NCBI GenBank assembly: GCA_046541755.1
Contig: JBKHCQ010000001.1
Span: 1 to 38,303, forward strand
Length of the DNA: 38,303 bases
Direction of reading: 5' to 3'
Origin: Anaerolineales bacterium
Lineage (GTDB): Bacteria; Chloroflexota; Anaerolineae; B4-G1; SLSP01
Under the pieces are notes generated by a model that ran no database searches, was not told where the DNA came from, and saw only the letters and a list, made by a program, of their open reading frames with translations. Positions within the stretch are counted from its first letter, which is position 1, and every line of letters begins with the position of its first letter. The translations under genes and the position numbers were made by a program. This document shows positions 30,136-36,048 of this stretch, piece after piece.

Positions 30136-31499
30136 TCGATACCTCCTGTCTGCGCGTCAGATTCATCTTCTGTATGCTCCGTATCCATCACCGGAATTTG
30201 AAGATCGGCCGGATCCGGATACTCGAACTGTTCATTGTACGTCAGGGGCGGCTCGACCTTCTCGCGATAGATGCGGAAGGCGTCGTGCTGCCAGATAGTC
30301 TCCCAATCGTCTTTTAGAATGTTGCCGACGCTCTGAATCGGGCCGCGCGAGGGGATGACCTCGCCGTTGGGTTCGACGCGCACCGCCGTATCCTCGGTAC
30401 AGCGCGGCCCCTGCCGGACCTGTGCAGCCAGCGGAATCTCGGGGCGGCGCGGCATCGGAGGCGCCCAGAGGAAGCGCATCTGCGTCTGCGTCGCGGCCTC
30501 CTCCACCTGCGCCTCGAGCTGCGGCAGCGCCGCCACCGCGAGCGCATCATCTTTCTCCTCTGACTTCTCTGACCACTTCTCTGACGTCGGCTCCTCAGTA
30601 AGAACATAGGCCACGAAGGCGATGTTGTCCACGCCCAATTCAGCCATCTCCTCGACGGTCGCCTCCAACTCCTGCGCGGTGCGTTGCGTGAGGGGCATCT
30701 CGGCGATGGCACAGATTTCGTTGGCCTCCAGCCAGTCGAAGAGGGCGGTGGCCGCTGCGTGATCTCCCGCGCCACAGAGCGCATCATGCAGCGCGGGATC
30801 GGTGGCCGCGTAGAGCACGGTCACGTGATCCACACCCGCCATCATCACATCCTGGAGCAGTTCCTCGTCCCAGAGATCGGTCGCGCGACCTCGCACGCCG
30901 GCGATCATTCCCAGATCCTCCGCCAATTCGATGGCGCGGATCAAATCGCTGCGCTCGAATTCCTCCGGCGCCAGGACGGTGACGTTGGGGATGCCCACCT
31001 CCCAGAGTCGACGTAGCAGTGGCGTCATCCGGGTCGGATCGGCGAGCGGCACGCTGGCCTGGAGCGGCGCGATCAACTGCGCTTCGTAGGGCGAGAAGGC
31101 GGCGTCATTGAGCGTGAAGAGCGGGTAGGCGTCGCGAGGGTTGGTGATCTGCCGGATGAGGCCGGTGACTTGCGCAATGTCCGTGCGCATCTGTTCCTCA
31201 GCGCCGCCCTCGAAATGGGCTTGCAGGCGATGGAGGATCTCGTTTTCATCTTGGCCGTCCAACAGCCCCTTGGCGATCACGGCGCCGCTGGGGGAGAGTT
31301 GGGCGGCCGCCGCCGCGTTGGCGATCAACAGGCCGCTGCCGTCGCGCTCGACCCGCAGATGGAAGCGCGTGTACATCCCATCGGCCTCCTCCAGGGCGTG
31401 ATAGAGGCCCGGCTCGACGGGCGGCCCGCTCTCCGGCTCGTCGCGCTCGATGCTGAAGATGCGCTCCCAAAAATCCTTGATTAGTTCTTGAATGTTCAT
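30132..31499 (-). CDS. Pseudo-radical-SAM paralog: PqqD/RRE-like N-domain + rSAM-like barrel without CxxxCxxC + degenerate SPASM-like C-terminus (start trimmed to ATG 31499)
   Basis: 455 aa starting MNIQELIKDFW, behind AGGAGGGAG. The N-domain (PGLYHALEEADGMYTRFHLRVERDGSGLLIANAAAAAQLSPSGAVIAKGLLDG) aligns by eye with the N-domain of the upstream rSAM enzyme. The protein has only 3 Cys, none in a cluster motif. The tail VRVEPNGEVIPSRGPIQSVGNILKDDWETIW mirrors the SPASM segment IEPNGDVLPCQSYYVTAGNLLTDPWDEIW but lacks its Cys. Confidence 0.75.
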   Translation of the reverse strand: MNIQELIKDFWERIFSIERDEPESGPPVEPGLYHALEEADGMYTRFHLRVERDGSGLLIANAAAAAQLSPSGAVIAKGLLDGQDENEILHRLQAHFEGGAEEQMRTDIAQVTGLIRQITNPRDAYPLFTLNDAAFSPYEAQLIAPLQASVPLADPTRMTPLLRRLWEVGIPNVTVLAPEEFERSDLIRAIELAEDLGMIAGVRGRATDLWDEELLQDVMMAGVDHVTVLYAATDPALHDALCGAGDHAAATALFDWLEANEICAIAEMPLTQRTAQELEATVEEMAELGVDNIAFVAYVLTEEPTSEKWSEKSEEKDDALAVAALPQLEAQVEEAATQTQMRFLWAPPMPRRPEIPLAAQVRQGPRCTEDTAVRVEPNGEVIPSRGPIQSVGNILKDDWETIWQHDAFRIYREKVEPPLTYNEQFEYPDPADLQIPVMDTEHTEDESDAQTGGIE

Positions 31500-31518
31500 G
31501 TAAAACTCCCTCCTGAAT

Positions 31519-32988
31519 TTATGATTGGACGGCCTGCGTTGCTTGCGGAACGCGCGCGCCGGCTCGACCGCAACCCCGTTCGGGCGCGCCGATCTGTTGC
31601 GCCTCGCGCTCCAGCCGGCAGCCGCCGCCGCACATCGGTAGATCGGGGCAATCCCAGCATTTGCGGGGCAATCCCGCCGCCTCCGGGTTCTCCTCGCGAT
31701 CCCGGAAGCTGCGGAAAAGCGCGCTGTTCCAAATCTCATCCCACGGATCGGTGAGGAGGTTGCCCGCTGTGACGTAATAGGATTGGCAAGGGAGGACATC
31801 GCCATTTGGCTCGATGCACATCGAATACTCGGCGGCGTTGCAGCGCTTGGGATCCAGCCCCAGCGCGACCGGCGAGAAGCGACAGTACTCCGTCACCGTG
31901 TACCAGAGGAAGCGCATTCCCAGCGCCTCGGCGCGCTTGCGTACCTGGATCAGCAGCGGCGCCATCTCCTCGGCGGGGATCGCGTCCGGCGTCGCGAGGC
32001 CGCCGCCGGCGTAGATCATCCCGTTCATCGCGAAGGTCCGCACCCCCAGATCGTACAGAAAATCGACGATCTCCACAGCGTGCGCTTGATTCTGGCGGGT
32101 CAGCGTGGTGTTGGTGATGGTGTGGATGCCGCTCGCAAGCGCGTTCTCGATTCCCTGGACGGTCTCCGCGAAGGCCTGCGATCCCGGCAGGCCGACCATC
32201 GCGTTGTGCTCCGCCGCCCGGCACGACTCCAGCGTGATCTGCACGTGATTGAGGCCCGCCTCGGCCAGCGAGGACGCCAGCGCGGGGCGCGCCAGCCGTC
32301 GCCCGTTGGTGTTCATCCCCACGATGTGCCCCTGCGCGTCGGCGTGGCGGATGATCTCCTCCAGGTCGGGATGCAGCGTCGGCTCGCCGCCGGTGAGAAT
32401 CACGTGCGGGACGCCGATCTCGTTCAGCTTATCGAAGACGCGGCGCCAATCCGCCAGGGAGAGCGTGGACATCGCGAAGCGTTCGCCGGGGTTGTAGCAA
32501 TGAGGGCAGGCATTGTTGCAGGCGTAGGTGAGCGCCACATCAACCTTGTAGGGGGCGTTCGCGGGCGCGCTGAAGAGCGGGCGAAAGTCCACCCGGTCGG
32601 CAATTGCGCAGATGCGACATCCGCCCTCCGGCGCGCGCAACGTCGCCACCATCTCGTAGATCTTGGTCACGTCGCGCGCCAACTGCGCATCGGCCACATC
32701 CACATCGGTGAAGCGCCGGGCCATCCGGGCGCGCGCCTCCGCCGCCGGGATTTCATCCAGGGCCAGCTTGGCGATCTCCGTTGCTGTGGCGTTGAGGTGG
32801 ATGACGTCGGTGACGTCGATGAAGAGCGCGCTGTGACCCTCCGGCTGGACGCGCAGGTGGATGCGCCGCTCCCCGTCCTCCGGGGCAATCCGGTAGGTGT
32901 AGAGGCCTGGCGCCGGCGGGGACGGCGCGGGCTTGAGCCACGATTGCATCGCCGCCCGCAGGCGCGCCCACCAAGGTTGCGTGGTCAT
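31519..32988 (-). CDS. Radical SAM / SPASM-domain enzyme with an N-terminal PqqD-like RiPP-recognition element
   Basis: 489 aa. CNNACPHCYN (CxxxCxxC) is encoded at 32497-32520. The GGEPTL SAM-binding motif is present. SPASM signature: C-x-AEYSMCIEPNGDVLPC...GN...C-WDC-x5-CGGGC. N-terminal about 110 aa: GLYTYRIAPEDGERRIHLRVQPEGHSALFIDVTDVIHLNATATEIAKLALDE. Confidence 0.9.
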   Translation of the reverse strand: MTTQPWWARLRAAMQSWLKPAPSPPAPGLYTYRIAPEDGERRIHLRVQPEGHSALFIDVTDVIHLNATATEIAKLALDEIPAAEARARMARRFTDVDVADAQLARDVTKIYEMVATLRAPEGGCRICAIADRVDFRPLFSAPANAPYKVDVALTYACNNACPHCYNPGERFAMSTLSLADWRRVFDKLNEIGVPHVILTGGEPTLHPDLEEIIRHADAQGHIVGMNTNGRRLARPALASSLAEAGLNHVQITLESCRAAEHNAMVGLPGSQAFAETVQGIENALASGIHTITNTTLTRQNQAHAVEIVDFLYDLGVRTFAMNGMIYAGGGLATPDAIPAEEMAPLLIQVRKRAEALGMRFLWYTVTEYCRFSPVALGLDPKRCNAAEYSMCIEPNGDVLPCQSYYVTAGNLLTDPWDEIWNSALFRSFRDREENPEAAGLPRKCWDCPDLPMCGGGCRLEREAQQIGAPERGCGRAGARVPQATQAVQS

Positions 32989-33015
32989 TCTATCCTGACG
33001 AAGTCGGTTCTGATA

Positions 33016-33357
33016 CTACCACTTAGGCGCTTCTTCGATCTGGTACGTGGAGCCGCAGTAGGGGCAATGGACAAAAATCGCGCCGGCCTTGACCTCCAGC
33101 GCGTCCCGATCCAACGTGCCGCCGCAACTGCGGCATTTCATCTGCTCTAAATTGACATCACCGGAGAGATCGATCTTCTGGATCATCGTCGTCTCCGTCT
33201 TCTGCGGGCGCACCTGCGTGAGGTAGATCAACATGCCGGCGCTGGCTATCAAGATTACGCCCACGATGATCCATCCTATGCCTCCCGTTCCACCAACGAC
33301 GAACATCACGCCAAAGAAACCCAGCACCGCCGCGATCAGATAGGTCACAAGTTTCAT
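33016..33357 (-). CDS. Small membrane-anchored zinc-ribbon protein (two N-terminal TM helices + CxxC...CxxC)
   Basis: 113 aa: MKLVTYLIAAVLGFFGVMFVVGG...IIVGVILIASAGMLIYL...CRSCGGTLD...VHCPYCGSTY. Confidence 0.7.
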   Translation of the reverse strand: MKLVTYLIAAVLGFFGVMFVVGGTGGIGWIIVGVILIASAGMLIYLTQVRPQKTETTMIQKIDLSGDVNLEQMKCRSCGGTLDRDALEVKAGAIFVHCPYCGSTYQIEEAPKW

Positions 33358-33691
33358 ATTCGCACTCCTGGTTGTTTGAGAGTTATATTATGTACTACGT
33401 CATAAGGCATAGGAGGTTGCTCAGGGGAGAATAATGCGCTAACTGTAAGACATACTACAATAGCTTCGATAAAAAATCAAACCTGATGGGCGGTGGGAGC
33501 CTCGTGGTTGCTCTTAGAAGTGCCCGCGCTTTGGTGACTTTCGTAAGGTGTTGTACAATGAGGGTAGTATAGGTGCTCAATCTTATGTCGATTTTATCCG
33601 AATCCCCAGATCGGGGCAACGTGGTTCGCGTGTCCAAATACCTAAAATATCCGATAGACGTTCGAGGAAATCTATATAAACGGGAGATAAG

Positions 33692-34006
33692 ATGGCACTT
33701 AAGATTAAAGCGTATGAGGATAAACTTGCCGAGTTGTGTGTTGCCTATGGCGTCCAGCGATTAGAGGTGTTTGGCTCGGCAACCAGAGATGATTTTGATC
33801 CTCAGCAAAGCGACATGGATTTTCTGGTCGTCTTTGAAGATGCTCGCCCCCATGGCGCATTTGATCGTTATTTTGGCTTGAAAGAGGCCTTGGAGCGGCT
33901 TTTTGAACGTTCTGTTGACTTGGTTGAAGAAAAAGCGATCAAGAACCCGTATTTTCGACAGGCGATCTTGCGAGATAGGATGGTAATCTATGGAACTGGC
34001 GGCTAA
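33692..34006 (+). CDS. mntA: MNT-type nucleotidyltransferase antitoxin (type VII TA)
   Basis: 104 aa with FGSATRDDFDPQQSDMDFLV (GSx10-11 D-x-D NTase motif). It overlaps the HepT gene by 17 nt. Confidence 0.85.
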   Translation: MALKIKAYEDKLAELCVAYGVQRLEVFGSATRDDFDPQQSDMDFLVVFEDARPHGAFDRYFGLKEALERLFERSVDLVEEKAIKNPYFRQAILRDRMVIYGTGG

Positions 34007-34343
34007 AAAGCTGGTCTATGATGTGGATCAGGCTGTCAATTTGATCACTGAATTTACAGCGGACAAAGAGTTTGAGGATTACGCAACGGATGTTATGTTG
34101 CGTTCCGCCGTTGAACGGCAATTTGAGATTGTTGGCGAAGCCCTCAACCGTTTGAAGCAGGTTGATATGCAATTGCTCTCGAGGATCAGTGATTACCATC
34201 GCATCATTGGCTTTCGAAACGTGCTTGCTCATGGGTATGATGTCGTCTCGGATGAGATTGTATGGGACATTATCCAGAACCGGCTGCCGCTGTTGCGTCA
34301 AGAGATCGATGAGATCAAGTGGGAAGCGGGTATAGCGGATTGA
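33990..34343 (+). CDS. hepT: HepT (DUF86/HEPN) RNase toxin
   Basis: 117 aa with FRNVLAHGYD (Rx4HxY HEPN motif). Confidence 0.85.
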   Translation: MELAAKKLVYDVDQAVNLITEFTADKEFEDYATDVMLRSAVERQFEIVGEALNRLKQVDMQLLSRISDYHRIIGFRNVLAHGYDVVSDEIVWDIIQNRLPLLRQEIDEIKWEAGIAD

Positions 34344-34452
34344 TAGTATAAATTGCTTCTTCACTTCGTTCTTGACGCTTGACTGCCAGAAGATAACCCC
34401 CGAAGTTTCCCCGCTGATTCCCCAGTATCTTCCATAAATAACCAGATAATCA

Positions 34453-34480
34453 TTGAACAAGCCCTCTTTTAAGGTATAAT
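34453..34480 (+). promoter_or_regulatory. Sigma-70-type promoter candidate TTGAAC-N16-TATAAT, ending 8 nt before ATG 34489 (implies a leaderless or near-leaderless mRNA)
   Basis: TTGAAC at 34453-34458 and TATAAT at 34475-34480. There is no SD between the -10 and the ATG. Confidence 0.45.
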
Positions 34481-34488
34481 TCCTCTGT

Positions 34489-36048
34489 ATGGAGACGAAG
34501 AAATGGTCACGGGCTTGGGCCGATATACTCACCGAGGAACTTGACCGGCCGGTGCGGCTGCGTGTGCGCGGGGCGAGCATGGCCCCCACGCTTCGACCTG
34601 GCGATGTGGTGATGGTCGAGCCGATCACCGACGCGGCGCTCCGCCTGGGCGATTGGGTGCTCGTGCGCGGCGAGCGCGAGAATTACCTCCATCGCTACGT
34701 GGGGCGGCGCGCGGATCGCGTGCTCACCAAGGGCGACGCTCATCGGCGGCTCGATCCCCCCTGGTCGCCCGCTGCGATCCGAGGCCGCGTAACCGCCGCC
34801 TATCGCGACGACGCCTGCTACTATCGCCGGACGCCCCGCCGGCAACGTCGCGAGCGCGTGCGCGCCGTCGGTCATCGCGTCGGCGGCGAGGTGTGGAGCG
34901 CGCTCGCCCGCCTCAAAAGCTGGCTTCTGCTCCTCTTGCTGTTGGCTGTCACTATCACCGGCGTCTATGCCGCCGTCACCGTGACCGAGTTCACCGCCCA
35001 ATGGGACGGCGACCAAGTCCATCTCCATTGGGAGACGGCCAGTGAGACTGGAAATCTGGGTTTTATGCTCTGGCGTCGTGAGGAAGGTGAAGGCGACTTC
35101 GAGACGATTTTTGTCGAAATTCCCAGTGAAGAAGGCCTCACGGATTTTGTGCCGGGGATCGGGGACATCGTCGGCGCCAGCTATGATGCCTACGACGTGA
35201 ACGTGACGCCCGGCATCGCCTACGAGTACCAGCTTCAGGATGCGCCGGACGACGGCAGCGAGGGGGAGATGTTCGGGCCGGTGACGCCGATGGCTAACGA
35301 TACGCCGACGCCAACCTCCACGCCTACGCCGCAGCCGGCGGCCACGGCCACCCCCACGATCCGCCCAACGCGGACGCCAACGGCCAACCCTTCGCCCTCT
35401 CCCACGCCGACCCCGCGCGTGCAGTTTTGGGCCGATCAGGAGAACCTCGCCGCCGGGACGTGCACGACGCTGCATTGGACAACCGAGAACATTCAAGCCG
35501 CCCACTTGAATGGCGAGGGCGTCGACGGCAGCAGCTCGAAGACCGTGTGCCCGTGTGAGGATGTGACCTACACGCTCCGGGTGATCTACAAGGATGACAC
35601 CGAGGAGGATTTTGACATCGCCTTGAGCGTCACCGGCACGTGCGACGACGCCTCGGACGCCACGGCCACAGCGACCCCCTTCCGTGTCACGACGGCGACC
35701 CCCGGCGCGACGCCGACCGCCTCCCCGACCCCCACAACCTCCGCCGCCGATGCCCCGACCGCCACGCCCACGTCATCGCCGACCGCCGCGTCAGCCTCCG
35801 GCGCCGAGACCGATTCGCCTCTCCCGACGCCCGCCGCGCTGACGCCCACGCTCGCCGCGCCCGATCCCGCCGATTCGACGGTGACGCCATCTACCACTGC
35901 TAGCCCGACCCGTCCCGCCGTCGCCGGCGAACAGCCGGCCTTCGCCTCCCAGGAGCGTCCCTCTAACTTGCTCCTGCTAGGCGGCGGCATCGGATTTGGC
36001 CTGCTGCTCATCGGCGTGGGCGTCTGGCTGTGGGGCCGTCATCGGTGA
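34489..36048 (+). CDS. Fusion protein: N-terminal S24/S26-type (signal-peptidase/LexA-like) serine peptidase domain, TM helix, two beta-rich ectodomains separated by Pro/Thr/Ala-rich linkers, C-terminal TM anchor with a basic tail
   Basis: 519 aa. RVRGASMAPTLRPGDVVMV (GxSMxPTL box) and TKGDAHRRLDP. TM WLLLLLLLAVTITGVYAAV. Linkers TPTPTSTPTPQPAATATPTIRPTRTPTANPSPSPTPTP and a long A/T/P tract. C-terminus PSNLLLLGGGIGFGLLLIGVGVWLWGRHR. Confidence 0.7.
   Translation: METKKWSRAWADILTEELDRPVRLRVRGASMAPTLRPGDVVMVEPITDAALRLGDWVLVRGERENYLHRYVGRRADRVLTKGDAHRRLDPPWSPAAIRGRVTAAYRDDACYYRRTPRRQRRERVRAVGHRVGGEVWSALARLKSWLLLLLLLAVTITGVYAAVTVTEFTAQWDGDQVHLHWETASETGNLGFMLWRREEGEGDFETIFVEIPSEEGLTDFVPGIGDIVGASYDAYDVNVTPGIAYEYQLQDAPDDGSEGEMFGPVTPMANDTPTPTSTPTPQPAATATPTIRPTRTPTANPSPSPTPTPRVQFWADQENLAAGTCTTLHWTTENIQAAHLNGEGVDGSSSKTVCPCEDVTYTLRVIYKDDTEEDFDIALSVTGTCDDASDATATATPFRVTTATPGATPTASPTPTTSAADAPTATPTSSPTAASASGAETDSPLPTPAALTPTLAAPDPADSTVTPSTTASPTRPAVAGEQPAFASQERPSNLLLLGGGIGFGLLLIGVGVWLWGRHR

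Noticed and set aside
30132-31805. Full 557-aa extent of the track ORF for the pseudo-rSAM gene.
   Set aside because: The first 102 codons overlap the 3' end of the rSAM gene and are Arg/Ala-rich junk. ATG 31499 is preceded by AGGAGGGAG and begins a sensible N-terminus, so the gene was trimmed rather than discarded.
31783-33150. 455-aa + strand ORF (and smaller ones at 31806-32117 and 32249-32497) opposite the radical SAM gene.
   Set aside because: The translation is Arg/Gly/His-rich low complexity, antisense to a gene with unambiguous rSAM/SPASM motifs. This is a typical high-GC shadow ORF.
33939-34628. 229-aa minus-strand ORF spanning hepT and the downstream promoter region.
   Set aside because: It is antisense to the HEPN-motif gene, crosses an AT-rich intergenic region, and has no recognisable domain.
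35290-35900. Repetitive ACG/CCG/GCC-rich DNA, considered as tandem repeats, a CRISPR-like array or a VNTR.
   Set aside because: It has no fixed-period unit or spacer structure. It is simply the coding sequence for the Pro/Thr/Ala-rich linkers of the surface protein.
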